From positions 2,315 to 66,314 of the forward strand of contig CAYNRJ010000001.1 in the NCBI GenBank assembly GCA_964399865.1: a stretch of 64,000 bases of DNA, given 5' to 3'. The notes beneath the pieces were generated by a model. It was given only the letters and a program-made list of their open reading frames with translations, had not been told where the DNA came from and ran no database searches. Numbering within the stretch: the stretch's first letter is position 1; every line of letters begins with the position of its first letter. Positions 9,402 through 18,581 of this stretch are shown here, piece after piece. The DNA comes from an uncultured Candidatus Saccharibacteria bacterium (GTDB lineage Bacteria > Patescibacteriota > Minisyncoccia > Phycocordibacterales > UBA2100). A program made the translations under genes and the position numbers.

Positions 9402-10324
9402 TATTGAGTATGCAGATAACAACAAAAAAAATTAGTATGTACGGATTGCTCTCTCTGCTCGTTGGCGTTTTGTACGTCTTAAGTATGACGGATGTTTACG
9501 CAGCAGAAATCATCGCTAGAACTCCGTCCGGAGTCGGCGTGGGAGATGCATTTACTGTCTCGGTTTTGCTCGACACAGAAGATGAGCGCATCAATGCTTT
9601 AGAGGGAACTCTCCAGTACACACGCTCTACACTCGTGCTCCGAGAATTGCGCACGGGTAATTCGATCGTTAATTTCTGGGTTGAGCAACCTAGTATAGAT
9701 AAACCTGGGTCCGTACGCTTTGCAGGGGTAACTCCGGGAGGCTTTCATGGAAATGAGGGAGAGATCTTTACTCTCGTATTTGAAGCGGTTAAAAGCGGTC
9801 GGGCGGAGATATCTCTTCAAGATGGAAAAGCGTATAGAAATACTGACGATGGAATTGCCTTCCCGCTCGTAGCTCGCATCCCCGCGTTTGCAATTAGCGA
9901 AAAGGGAGGAGGGATGTCGGTGCAGTCAATTTTAGAAACTGACAAGACACCACCTGAGTCCTTTACTCCCATGATTGCCACGGATCAATCTCTTTTTGAG
10001 GGGCGATCATTTATCGTTTTTGCAACGCAAGATAAAGGATCAAGTGTCGATCATTATGAAGTAGCAGAGCGCAAAGGATTTCCGTTTGCCCTCTTACGAA
10101 AAATGGTTTGGCAAAAAGCGGTGAGCCCGTTCGTGCTCTCTGATCAGTCGCGTATGTCATATGTATACGTGAAAGCTGTCGACAAAGCGGGAAATGAGCG
10201 CATCGCGCGGTTATCCCCTTCGCATCAATTTTTCTACTTTAGTAACACAGCGCTTATCGCTATACTTCTTGTATTGTTCGGCTCGGTGTTACTTTTTTAT
10301 GTACGAAAACGCAAGATTCGGTAG
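9398..10324 (+). CDS. Type I membrane protein with an extracellular cohesin-like domain (signal peptide, cohesin, C-terminal TM anchor); start ATGA-overlaps the upstream stop.
   Basis: AEIIARTPSGVGVGDAFTVSVLLDTEDERINALEGTLQYTRSTLVL…GSVRFAGVTPGG…EIFTLVFEAVKSGRAEISL matches the cohesin pattern. C-terminal hydrophobic helix ALIAILLVLFGSVLLFYV followed by RKRKIR. Confidence 0.6.
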   Translation: MILSMQITTKKISMYGLLSLLVGVLYVLSMTDVYAAEIIARTPSGVGVGDAFTVSVLLDTEDERINALEGTLQYTRSTLVLRELRTGNSIVNFWVEQPSIDKPGSVRFAGVTPGGFHGNEGEIFTLVFEAVKSGRAEISLQDGKAYRNTDDGIAFPLVARIPAFAISEKGGGMSVQSILETDKTPPESFTPMIATDQSLFEGRSFIVFATQDKGSSVDHYEVAERKGFPFALLRKMVWQKAVSPFVLSDQSRMSYVYVKAVDKAGNERIARLSPSHQFFYFSNTALIAILLVLFGSVLLFYVRKRKIR

Positions 10325-11513
10325 GCTGTTAGGGTATGTAAGCATAGGATTTGTCGCGAGCCTATGTTTTTTTATATCTGCAGGGGTGACACACGCTGCG
10401 ACTCTCTCGCTTTCACCATCATCCGGCTCATATTCGGCCGGAGATACTCTGACAGTATCAATCCTAGTTTCGAGTACGGATCAAGCCATCAATGCTGCGT
10501 CTGGTACCATACATTTTCCCGAAGATGTATTGCAGGTACTCTCCATCTCTAAAGCGAATTCAATTTTGACCCTATGGGTACAAGAGCCTTCCTTTTCCAA
10601 TACTTCTGGCACGGTAGATTTTGCCGGCGTAGTGCCCAATCCAGGCTATACCGGTAGTGGAGGTAATCTCATAACCGTACGCTTCCGTGCTCGTTCTCCG
10701 GGTACTGCAAACCTTACAATTTCACCTGCCGAGACGCTTGCAAACGACGGCAGCGGCACGAATGTATTAGCCGGTGCTTCTGGTGCAACGATCACGATTA
10801 CTTCGGCAAAGGCAACCATACAAGATTCACAAAGGCCACCTGCTGAAGATCTGGAGGAATCGGCAGAGGAAGTTGAGTCTGACACCGGTATACAACCACC
10901 GATTATAACGAGCTCAACGAAACGTGTCCCCCTCGGAGGGGCAGCTGAAGTAACAGGTTCTTCTATTTATCCTGGTGCTACGGCGGAGCTTACACTTCAG
11001 GGTTCTGGCGGTATTATTCTCACGGTTAACGGTTCCGTCGGAGAGAACGGGGTATTTTCTCTAACCCAACAGCATTCCATAATTCCAGGTGAGTACATTG
11101 GATCAGTGGTTGTCCATCAGGGCAATGCCCAAAGCTCTCCCTCTGAGCCGTTCGTCATAACGTTTGAAGGGGAGCCATTCCTTTCAAAAGCGCTCGATTT
11201 TCTGATGCAGCCGATGCTTCTTATCACGTATGGCTTTATAGCGGCATTCGGGATAGGACTTGTGCTCGGCAGATACTTCTTTAGGTCGAAAAAACTTACC
11301 GTGAACGATGCCCTCTATGATGTAGATGTTGAGGTGCATAAATCGTTCCTCAAGCTTCGCGAACGTATTAATCAGTCAATTGCAGAATTACAGCGAGAGA
11401 GTGAAAATCGTGAACTCACCGATGCGGAAGCGCGATTCATTAAGCAAATGACGGGAACCATTAAAGATACCGAGAAGGCAGTCGAGAAAGATATACACCA
11501 GGCCGAGCATTAA
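10299..11513 (+). CDS. Second cohesin-domain type I membrane protein (signal peptide, cohesin, Ig-like region, TM, charged coiled-coil cytoplasmic tail). Start chosen at ATG 10299 (MYENARFGRLLGYV…); the ORF track extends upstream to 10194.
   Basis: AATLSLSPSSGSYSAGDTLTVSILVSSTDQAINAASGTIHFPEDVLQVLSISKANS…GTVDFAGVVPNPGYTGSGGNLITVRFRARSPGTANLTI is paralogous to the upstream cohesin. TM LLITYGFIAAFGIGLVLG; C-terminal E/K-rich tail. Confidence 0.6.
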   Translation: MYENARFGRLLGYVSIGFVASLCFFISAGVTHAATLSLSPSSGSYSAGDTLTVSILVSSTDQAINAASGTIHFPEDVLQVLSISKANSILTLWVQEPSFSNTSGTVDFAGVVPNPGYTGSGGNLITVRFRARSPGTANLTISPAETLANDGSGTNVLAGASGATITITSAKATIQDSQRPPAEDLEESAEEVESDTGIQPPIITSSTKRVPLGGAAEVTGSSIYPGATAELTLQGSGGIILTVNGSVGENGVFSLTQQHSIIPGEYIGSVVVHQGNAQSSPSEPFVITFEGEPFLSKALDFLMQPMLLITYGFIAAFGIGLVLGRYFFRSKKLTVNDALYDVDVEVHKSFLKLRERINQSIAELQRESENRELTDAEARFIKQMTGTIKDTEKAVEKDIHQAEH

Positions 11514-11584
11514 TCGAGGAAGGGAGGTGTACTCGATTTCCCCTCCGTGCTGATTTCGGCAAGTCAAAATGGTAAAATTGCAAT

Positions 11585-11719
11585 ATGGAAGGCTTAAATA
11601 CTTTTTTGAAAATGCTGATCGATTTTCTCGTGCAGATACTCACGCTTTTTGTTAATTTTTTTATCGCCCTTCTCAATCTTATTTTGGACTTCGCACGTAG
11701 TATTGCGGGAATGGTATAG
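11585..11719 (+). CDS. 44-aa hydrophobic micro-protein (MEGLNTFLKMLIDFLVQILTLFVNFFIALLNLILDFARSIAGMV), not in the ORF track because it is under 60 aa.
   Basis: ATG at 11585 to TAG at 11717-11719; a single predicted TM helix; followed 10 nt later by a perfect GC hairpin. Confidence 0.35.
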   Translation: MEGLNTFLKMLIDFLVQILTLFVNFFIALLNLILDFARSIAGMV

Positions 11720-11720
11720 A

Positions 11721-11748
11721 AACAAAACGCGGGGCCATTTGGCCCCGC
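11721..11748 (-). terminator. Rho-independent terminator hairpin (gcggggcc-attt-ggccccgc) with the U-run on the minus-strand side. Terminates the minus gene 11779..11970; it also lies just 3' of the plus micro-ORF.
   Basis: Perfect 8-bp GC stem at 11729-11748; AAACAAAAC on the plus strand gives a U-rich tract on minus-strand RNA. Confidence 0.6.
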
Positions 11749-11778
11749 GTCGTCACACTTCAGAAGAGAATAGAGAAA

Positions 11779-11970
11779 TTATTCTTCTGGTGTTGGATTC
11801 GTTCCGATATTCACCTCAAGTCCGTTGTTCGTTTCCTCAACGGGTGCAGCTTTGCCGTACTTCATATACCACCATACTCCGCCACCCACCAAAATGAGAA
11901 GCACAAGCACGATGAGGATCGTGTTCACTCCGCTTCCGCTATTCACATTTCCTGTATTTGTATCGTCCAT
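11779..11970 (-). CDS. Small signal-anchored protein with a TM helix followed by a GGGVWWY motif.
   Basis: ILIVLVLLILVGGGVWWYMKYG; shares the TM-GGVWW(W)Y module with the divergent gene at 12059. Confidence 0.4.
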   Translation of the reverse strand: MDDTNTGNVNSGSGVNTILIVLVLLILVGGGVWWYMKYGKAAPVEETNNGLEVNIGTNPTPEE

Positions 11971-12058
11971 GGATATAGATTAATTATTAATATTTGTATG
12001 TTCCTCATAGTATCACGCACTGAAGAGCACGATTCAGCCTTGAATATTCAGGGAGTGG

Positions 12059-12640
12059 ATGTACAGTTTATACATGATAAAAAACGTTTACATTCCCACG
12101 ATACTCATCACGGTCTTCCTCACAATTGCCGGAGGAGTGTGGTGGTGGTACCTAGGATCTCCTTCGCTTGACGAATTGAAAGCGCGCATACGTACCCCGA
12201 TCGCACGTGAAGAAGAGACGCCTGCCGCAGAGACGTCGCAAGTTTTCGTTGCGTTCTTGGATACCGCAGGAACGACAAACGGAAAGGAGAGGGGTTGCGA
12301 CAAGGTGGTTATGGTTCCGTATACGATAGATAAGACGAGAGCACCGCTTACGATCGCTCTCTTTATCTTGTTCGATATTGATGAGGAGAACGCCAATGGA
12401 CTCTTCAGCTACATCGCGCGCACGAATGATACACTCGCTTTCGACCGTGCGACCGTGGTAGATGGCACAGCTCATATCTATCTCACGGGATCTCTCACCG
12501 GGCTCGCAGGAGTCTGCGATGATCCACGTGCTGCAATTCAAATTGAGGAGACAGCCCTCCAATTCCCAACGGTGCAGCGAGTGCAGCTATACCTGAACGA
12601 AGAGCCTACAACCCTCATCCCTGACATGCGTGGGGAATAG
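12059..12640 (+). CDS. Signal-anchored protein with a possible GerMN-like domain.
   Basis: N-terminal TM plus AGGVWWWYLGSP. The C-terminal segment TVVDGTAHIYLTGSLTGLAGVCDDPRAAIQIEETALQFPTVQRVQLYLNEEP resembles GerMN (sporulation/germination M) domains; weak. Confidence 0.35.
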   Translation: MYSLYMIKNVYIPTILITVFLTIAGGVWWWYLGSPSLDELKARIRTPIAREEETPAAETSQVFVAFLDTAGTTNGKERGCDKVVMVPYTIDKTRAPLTIALFILFDIDEENANGLFSYIARTNDTLAFDRATVVDGTAHIYLTGSLTGLAGVCDDPRAAIQIEETALQFPTVQRVQLYLNEEPTTLIPDMRGE

Positions 12641-12651
12641 TATCTACAAGT

Positions 12652-13047
12652 ATGAAAACAACACGAGAAAAACTAGCTGACCTGTTTGGGTTCGGGTTCG
12701 CGCTGTGGCTCTTCGGATTTGTCCTCGGTATGATGCTGTTCTCTATCGTTCCAACAGCATATCTCGGTCTTGTCATTACACCGTTCGCGTTTGCCGCCGC
12801 TCTCTGGGTTTGTCTGAGACGTTTTCGAGGGAGAGGTGATAGTGGCTTGTACCTTCTCTCTGTGGGCGCTGTATGGCTCTTTATCGCCGTTTCGTTCGAC
12901 TACATATTTCTTGTAAGAGCGTTTTCTGTGGCGAATTATTACGATTTTGATGTGTTTTTGTATTATTTCATTACATTTTTCCTCCCTATTGCGGTGGGGC
13001 GAAGAAATACACAGAGTGCGCCTATACAAGCAGAAGAGGGTATATAG
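12652..13047 (+). CDS. Hypothetical polytopic membrane protein (3-4 TM).
   Basis: Hydrophobic helices, no motif. Confidence 0.4.
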   Translation: MKTTREKLADLFGFGFALWLFGFVLGMMLFSIVPTAYLGLVITPFAFAAALWVCLRRFRGRGDSGLYLLSVGAVWLFIAVSFDYIFLVRAFSVANYYDFDVFLYYFITFFLPIAVGRRNTQSAPIQAEEGI

Positions 13048-13056
13048 TTGTGGTAT

Positions 13057-13227
13057 ATGGCAATGGAAAAGATAAAGATTGAGCAGCACACCGTTTCGGG
13101 AGGTGTATGGATCGCATTCTGGCTCTTCACGATCGGGTACCTCAAGCTGACGTTTTGGCAGGGAGTACTCGCAGTTGTGATTTGGCCGTATTACCTTGGC
13201 AACGCGCTCAGCTCAGTAGCACAGTAG
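13057..13227 (+). CDS. 56-aa two-helix membrane micro-protein (MAMEKIKIEQHTVSGGVWIAFWLFTIGYLKLTFWQGVLAVVIWPYYLGNALSSVAQ).
   Basis: ATG 13057 to TAG 13225-13227; in an operon-like position between membrane-protein genes. Confidence 0.3.
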   Translation: MAMEKIKIEQHTVSGGVWIAFWLFTIGYLKLTFWQGVLAVVIWPYYLGNALSSVAQ

Positions 13228-13266
13228 TTCGAAAATCGCCGCTCTTGGTGCGGTAGAATAAAGAAA

Positions 13267-13821
13267 ATGGAATCCAAAGCGACTTTTAAGCGCCATCTAA
13301 AGAGGGATCTTGTTCTTATCGCGCTCAGTACCGCTGCGGCTATAGCGGTAAGTCAGAGTGGGCTGTTTGAGCAGCTCTTTCACATGGACGTGCAGAGTAA
13401 ATATATCGCTGCATTTATCGCAGGAGTATTTTTTACTTCATTTTTCTCAACTCCCTTTGCGATCGCGATGTTCATATCACTTGCGCCCGATATGAGTGTG
13501 CCGGTCATGGTTTTAATTGGCGCGACGGGCGCGCTCCTCGGAGACCTATTTCTTTTTGGATTAATACGAAATACGTTTGCTGCGGATGTTGAATATCTCC
13601 TCGGAAAGAAGCATGTACATAAAAGATTTAAAGCAGCATTTGATCGGCGAGTGTTTCGCTGGATATTGCCATTTGTAGGTGCGCTCATCATCGCTTCACC
13701 GCTTCCCGATGAACTTGGCATTACCCTGATGGGAGTCTCCACTATGAGTGTACGGACCCTGCTTCCCATTTCTTTTGCAATGAATGCGCTTGGAATCTCA
13801 CTTATTGCGCTCATTGCATAA
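13267..13821 (+). CDS. Hypothetical polytopic membrane protein (about 5 TM).
   Basis: Hydrophobicity pattern only. Confidence 0.4.
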   Translation: MESKATFKRHLKRDLVLIALSTAAAIAVSQSGLFEQLFHMDVQSKYIAAFIAGVFFTSFFSTPFAIAMFISLAPDMSVPVMVLIGATGALLGDLFLFGLIRNTFAADVEYLLGKKHVHKRFKAAFDRRVFRWILPFVGALIIASPLPDELGITLMGVSTMSVRTLLPISFAMNALGISLIALIA

Positions 13822-13838
13822 AGGGGTATAGTTTTTAC

Positions 13839-14144
13839 ATGACGAAAAACCCTTACCTAAACGCGGTTTTTGCGGGCCTGTATATCGTCGCTATAGTTCT
13901 CTTCATCACCGTGGTACTTGAGAACACAGAAGGTCCAGATACGATCCTTGCCCCTATCACCATGCTCTCATTATTGGTGCTATCTGCTGCAACAATGGCA
14001 TACCTCTTTTTCTACCAACCGCTCATGATGTATCTCGAAGGGAACAAGCAGGACGCTGTTCGATTTTTCGTCAAAACTCTGGCCGCCTTTGCGGGCGTTA
14101 CGGGTATCGTGATAGTTGCGCTACTTATCACGTCAACGAAATAG
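13839..14144 (+). CDS. Hypothetical membrane protein (3 TM).
   Basis: Hydrophobicity pattern only. Confidence 0.4.
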   Translation: MTKNPYLNAVFAGLYIVAIVLFITVVLENTEGPDTILAPITMLSLLVLSAATMAYLFFYQPLMMYLEGNKQDAVRFFVKTLAAFAGVTGIVIVALLITSTK

Positions 14145-14189
14145 CGCATATTAGATATTACTTATAATCATTCTTAATTAATACATCGT

Positions 14190-14825
14190 ATGAAAAGTTC
14201 ACTACTTATGATGCTTATCGGCGGCGCAGTCATTGTCGCAGGAGGCGGATATCTCATTTTAAATAACTCAAACTCCGATGGAGCAAATGAAGAGATGAGT
14301 CAGCAGGCACCTGATGCATCTGGCACTTTTGCTTCAGTGATGCAGAGCAACAAAGATCTCGAATGTAGTTTCGAATATAACGATGGGGACGGAAATGTCT
14401 CGTCGGGTATCGTCTACATGACTAAAGGAGCGCAGCAGATACGTGGCGATTTCAACATACAGCAAAGCGGCGCGGGGGCCATGGAAATGCATGTTATTCG
14501 CTCTGGTGGGTACAATTACATCTGGGGCCCGGCACTTCCGCAAGGAATTAAAACAAGAGTAGAAGCTGGAGATGAAACAAAATTAATAGAAGGAGGTGAA
14601 GAGGGTGGGGGCATTAGTGAAGACACATCATATTACTGTGAGTCCTGGACACCCGATCAAAATAAATTCTCACTCCCCGTCGACATAGAATTCTCGGATA
14701 TTAGTGCCCGTATTGAAGGAAGCGCATCCATTAGTGACACAACTGCACTGCGATGCGTCGCATGCAATCAAATACCAGCGGGCAGCGGTAGAGAGCAATG
14801 CCTCGCAGCGCTCTCGTGTAATTAA
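14190..14825 (+). CDS. Hypothetical secreted/anchored protein with a Cys-containing C-terminal region.
   Basis: N-terminal TM / signal (LLMMLIGGAVIVAGGGYLIL); six Cys. Confidence 0.4.
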   Translation: MKSSLLMMLIGGAVIVAGGGYLILNNSNSDGANEEMSQQAPDASGTFASVMQSNKDLECSFEYNDGDGNVSSGIVYMTKGAQQIRGDFNIQQSGAGAMEMHVIRSGGYNYIWGPALPQGIKTRVEAGDETKLIEGGEEGGGISEDTSYYCESWTPDQNKFSLPVDIEFSDISARIEGSASISDTTALRCVACNQIPAGSGREQCLAALSCN

Positions 14826-14871
14826 TTGTTTCTTCACGCGAATGTGTTTCTCTTGTTGAGGGTGTTTCGAG

Positions 14872-14898
14872 CCACAACACAGTGTGGGGGATTTTTTG
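14872..14898 (+). terminator. Hairpin (ccacaacac…gtgtgg) plus a T6 run; it terminates the upstream operon and overlaps the ORF-track GTG start at 14884, which argues for the downstream ATG start of the GH18 gene.
   Basis: ccacaacacagtgtgggggattttttg. Confidence 0.4.
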
Positions 14899-14931
14899 TA
14901 TGATTTTCGCGACTGGTTCGTCGTATATACT

Positions 14932-16389
14932 ATGAGTAACATGAAAACGCAGGTATTACGTGGTTTTGTAGCGGCGATGGCGGTAGTTCTTGCTACTCCG
15001 CAAGCGGTTTTTGCACAGACAGCGCCTTTTGAGGTTTCGGGTTGGATACCGTATTGGCGAGCTGATAAGGGTGTAGAAAGTATCCTTCCGCACCTAGGGA
15101 AATTCACGGAAGTGAATCCTTTCGTCTATACCGTAAAACAAGATGGCTCGTTATTTCTCCCCGAACCTTTGGATACAGGTGCATGGGCCACGCTTCGTGC
15201 GAAATCAAAAGAGCTGAATGTACGATTCATGCCGACAGTGATGTGGGCGAACGCGGACGCAATCCACGACGTTCTTAGTAACCCCGAGAAGCGTGCTGAA
15301 CACATCCGCGGCATTGTAAGTCAGGTGTATGGCCGAGGATTTGAAGGTATCGATATCGATTATGAAGGCAAATACGCCAAAACTCGTCCATACTTTTCCC
15401 TGTTCTTGAAAGAACTTAGTACCGCGATGGGCTTCGATAAATGGATCATGTGTACGATAGAAGCGCGCACACCGCTTGACTCGCGTTACTCGTCACCGGA
15501 ATCTATTCCAAAGGACATTGAATATGCGAACGATTTTGTGGAGATAAACAAGTACTGTGATCAGGTGCGCGTTATGGCGTATGACCAGGGTAGGTATGAC
15601 TTGAAACTTAATGATGCGAACACTGATCCGTACATACCGGTCGCCGACAGTAAGTGGGTTGAGAAAGTGATGCGACTGACGATGCAAGATATTGATAAAA
15701 ATAAACTCCTTATCGGTGTTGCAACATATGGATATGAATACGATATGTTCCCCTCGACAGACGGCAGCGGAGATATGTCTTACTCTCGCTTGTGGTCGTT
15801 CAATCCCGGATATGTCGCAGAAACCGCAACAAAAACAGGTATTGCTCCTATACGTAATTCCGCCGGTGAAATGTCACTCGTATATCCTGCGTCTCAGTCT
15901 GTAGATCCCGCCATACCGCTCCCGAACGCCACACGTGTCATGACATGGAGCGATGCGGAAGCCATTCGTCAAAAAGCTGAGCTTGCAAAAACGCTCGGAC
16001 TTGCCGGTATCGCGATATTTAAAATTGACGGAGGACAAGATCCAAAACTCTGGGATGTGCTTGCGAGCTATAAGGGGGACACCTCAAATGCGAGCGCAGT
16101 TCGCACGGCGCCATCGCCTGCAAGCGGGCTTATTGCATCGTCACTTATTGTGCCAGCAGTCGATCTTCAGTTTGGCGCGCGACGAGAAGAGGTGCGAGCT
16201 CTCCAAAAAATCCTCAATGCCAGTGGGCATATTATAGCGACGACAGGCGGTGGGTCACCTGGTAACGAAACCACATACTTTGGACCTGCGACACGAGCTG
16301 CACTTATCAAATTCCAGAAGGCAAAAAATATTACCCCTGCTGTCGGATACTTTGGTCCAAAAACTCGCGCAGCCTTTGCCTCGCTCTAA
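14932..16389 (+). CDS. Secreted GH18 (chitinase-like) glycoside hydrolase with a C-terminal peptidoglycan-binding (PG_binding_1-like) domain.
   Basis: Signal peptide MSNMKTQVLRGFVAAMAVVLATPQAVFAQ. GH18 catalytic motif FEGIDIDYEG (DxxDxDxE). C-terminal LQKILNASGHI…TYFGPATRAALIKFQKAKNI…GYFGPKTRAAF. Confidence 0.7.
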   Translation: MSNMKTQVLRGFVAAMAVVLATPQAVFAQTAPFEVSGWIPYWRADKGVESILPHLGKFTEVNPFVYTVKQDGSLFLPEPLDTGAWATLRAKSKELNVRFMPTVMWANADAIHDVLSNPEKRAEHIRGIVSQVYGRGFEGIDIDYEGKYAKTRPYFSLFLKELSTAMGFDKWIMCTIEARTPLDSRYSSPESIPKDIEYANDFVEINKYCDQVRVMAYDQGRYDLKLNDANTDPYIPVADSKWVEKVMRLTMQDIDKNKLLIGVATYGYEYDMFPSTDGSGDMSYSRLWSFNPGYVAETATKTGIAPIRNSAGEMSLVYPASQSVDPAIPLPNATRVMTWSDAEAIRQKAELAKTLGLAGIAIFKIDGGQDPKLWDVLASYKGDTSNASAVRTAPSPASGLIASSLIVPAVDLQFGARREEVRALQKILNASGHIIATTGGGSPGNETTYFGPATRAALIKFQKAKNITPAVGYFGPKTRAAFASL

Positions 16390-16445
16390 GCTATCCAGAG
16401 TGTCTTCATGAAAAACGCGTAAAACGCGTGTAGTACTATAGGCAT

Positions 16446-17645
16446 ATGGATCTAGAGAAGGCCGCACACGAAGTATTTTTGAAAAATCGACGGAATATAA
16501 ACGGCCATCACTACACTCTTCCTTCCTCTGATCACTACCCGTATCAATGGCTTTGGGATTCTTGCTTTCATGCAATTGTACTCGCGCGCACAGAGCCGCA
16601 GATAGCACGGGAAGAAATACAGGCACTTCTATCACGCCAATTCGAGAACGGACTTGTTCCACACATTATCTATTGGACTCCAGGCATCCTTCATCTGTTT
16701 AGGTGGGGGACTGAAGGCACGAGCTCACTTACGCAGCCCCCGATGCTCGCGTACGCGGTATGGGAAATACATACGAAATCTCCCGATATGCCCTTCTTGG
16801 AGTCGGTGTTCCCAGCACTTCTCCGCTACTATAAATTCCTGTTAACGGAACGCGATCCGCGCGGGCATCACCTGGCGGGAATTATTAACCCTGACGAATC
16901 TGGCGAGGATAATTCGCCGCGCTTTGATGAGCCTCTTGGGGCAGGCCCGGATATATCTCTCGATGATCATCTCCAAAAACGGCATGAGCTCGTGGATGAG
17001 AATCGTGTCTGTAAATTTGATGCCGCGACCTGCATGCGATATCACTTCTGGGTCAAAGACGTTCTATTTAATACGGTCTTGGTAGAGAATTTGAGAGCCC
17101 TGGCACGAATTGCTTCTGCGCTCAATCGCGAGGACGAGGCACACTTACTTTATAAAGACGCCAATAGTGTGGCGGCAGCGATGCGCGAGCATATGTTTGA
17201 AGATGGCGTGTACTGGTCCACGAGCGGCGCTGACTTTAAAAAACTTAAAGTGAATACCTGGTCACATTTTGTTCCGATGTTTGCGGGGCTGTACTCAAAG
17301 GAAGAGGCGGAGGATGTTATGCGTACACATTTTCGTAATGACAATACTTTCAAGGCGTCCTTTGGTATTCGTACTGTATCAAAACAGGAACAATCCTACC
17401 GTTCCTCGTCCGCTGTCGATGATTTTTCTTGGCGGGGACCCATATGGTTCGCATCACAGTGGTTTATTTACAAAGGTCTCCAGCGGTACGGATACATTGA
17501 AGATGCTGCATGGATACGGGAAACAAGTATTCGGTTATTGGAGAAATCTGGGTTTCGGGAATGTTTTAACCCGGACACTGGAGTCGGGTATGGTGCACGG
17601 CACTTCACATGGGGTGCATTAATCCTTGATATGATGGAGGAATGA
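16446..17645 (+). CDS. Six-hairpin (alpha/alpha)6 glycoside hydrolase (GH63/GH37/GH15-superfamily-like; possibly a trehalase or mannosylglycerate-hydrolase-type enzyme).
   Basis: HYPYQWLWDSCFHAIVL motif near the N-terminus, typical of (alpha/alpha)6-barrel glycosidases; sits in a sugar-metabolism cluster. Confidence 0.45.
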   Translation: MDLEKAAHEVFLKNRRNINGHHYTLPSSDHYPYQWLWDSCFHAIVLARTEPQIAREEIQALLSRQFENGLVPHIIYWTPGILHLFRWGTEGTSSLTQPPMLAYAVWEIHTKSPDMPFLESVFPALLRYYKFLLTERDPRGHHLAGIINPDESGEDNSPRFDEPLGAGPDISLDDHLQKRHELVDENRVCKFDAATCMRYHFWVKDVLFNTVLVENLRALARIASALNREDEAHLLYKDANSVAAAMREHMFEDGVYWSTSGADFKKLKVNTWSHFVPMFAGLYSKEEAEDVMRTHFRNDNTFKASFGIRTVSKQEQSYRSSSAVDDFSWRGPIWFASQWFIYKGLQRYGYIEDAAWIRETSIRLLEKSGFRECFNPDTGVGYGARHFTWGALILDMMEE

Positions 17646-18442
17646 GTCATATCGCGTTCGATATAGGTGGCACATCTGTGCGAGTCGCTGTCGCGAAGGA
17701 AGATGGATTGGGAGAAGTAAAGAAGCAGCAAACACCGCAATCTCCCCAGGAAGCAGTCGCTCTCATCGCATCCCTTGCTCGCGAACTTTGCGGAGAAGAG
17801 AAAATTGATGCTGCAGCGGGCTGTATTCGCGGCCGCGTCGTCGACGGTGTGTTCCTCAAAGACAAGGGACTTCCAGAATGGGAAGGATTCGAACTTGTAA
17901 AAGAACTATCAAATGCACTCGGTAGCTCAGTGAGTGTCTCTCATGATGCGAGCCTCGCAGCTCTTGGAGAGGCGCGATATGGCGCTGGGGCGGGATCTGA
18001 TATTTGTGTGTTCGTTACGGTTTCGACTGGAGTCGGTGGTGGACGCGTGGTCGCGGGCGAAATGGATCGCACCACTTACAACCCAGAAATCGGGAGACAG
18101 CTTATTAATGGGCAAGAACTCGAGGATCTAGTCTCGGGGAGTGCGGTCCACAAAAAATTTGGCATTCACCCGCGCGAACTGGACTCGGAAGAGGAGCGTA
18201 ACAATCTTGCAGATATTCTTGCGATCGGACTCTACAACACGACGCTCCATTGGTCGCCGGAAACAATCGTTCTGGGAGGTTCAATGATTCTCGGTGTGAA
18301 TCCGATTCCGCTTGAAAGAGTGGAGAAGTCCTTTGTCTCTCGAGTAACAATGTATCCAAAGGCACCGTCCCTTAGAATGGCAAAACTTGGCGATAATGCA
18401 GGCCTGGAAGGTGCCCGCGCCCTACTTTTTAGAGGCAAATAG
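17642..18442 (+). CDS. ROK-family sugar kinase (glucokinase-like).
   Basis: N-terminal IAFDIGGTSVRVAVA motif; ROK-like glycine-rich segments; ATGA overlap with the upstream gene. Confidence 0.65.
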   Translation: MSHIAFDIGGTSVRVAVAKEDGLGEVKKQQTPQSPQEAVALIASLARELCGEEKIDAAAGCIRGRVVDGVFLKDKGLPEWEGFELVKELSNALGSSVSVSHDASLAALGEARYGAGAGSDICVFVTVSTGVGGGRVVAGEMDRTTYNPEIGRQLINGQELEDLVSGSAVHKKFGIHPRELDSEEERNNLADILAIGLYNTTLHWSPETIVLGGSMILGVNPIPLERVEKSFVSRVTMYPKAPSLRMAKLGDNAGLEGARALLFRGK

Positions 18443-18581
18443 TATCCCCGCGTCCATCTTTGAGGAAACCTCGATTTACTGTATAATTGGCTAGTTCTGG
18501 AAATTCGAGAAAAATCCTGATATTTGGCCGTAAAATCCGCCTTTCCCGCATTGAACTGGCAGAAAAAGAGGACAAGCAAAA

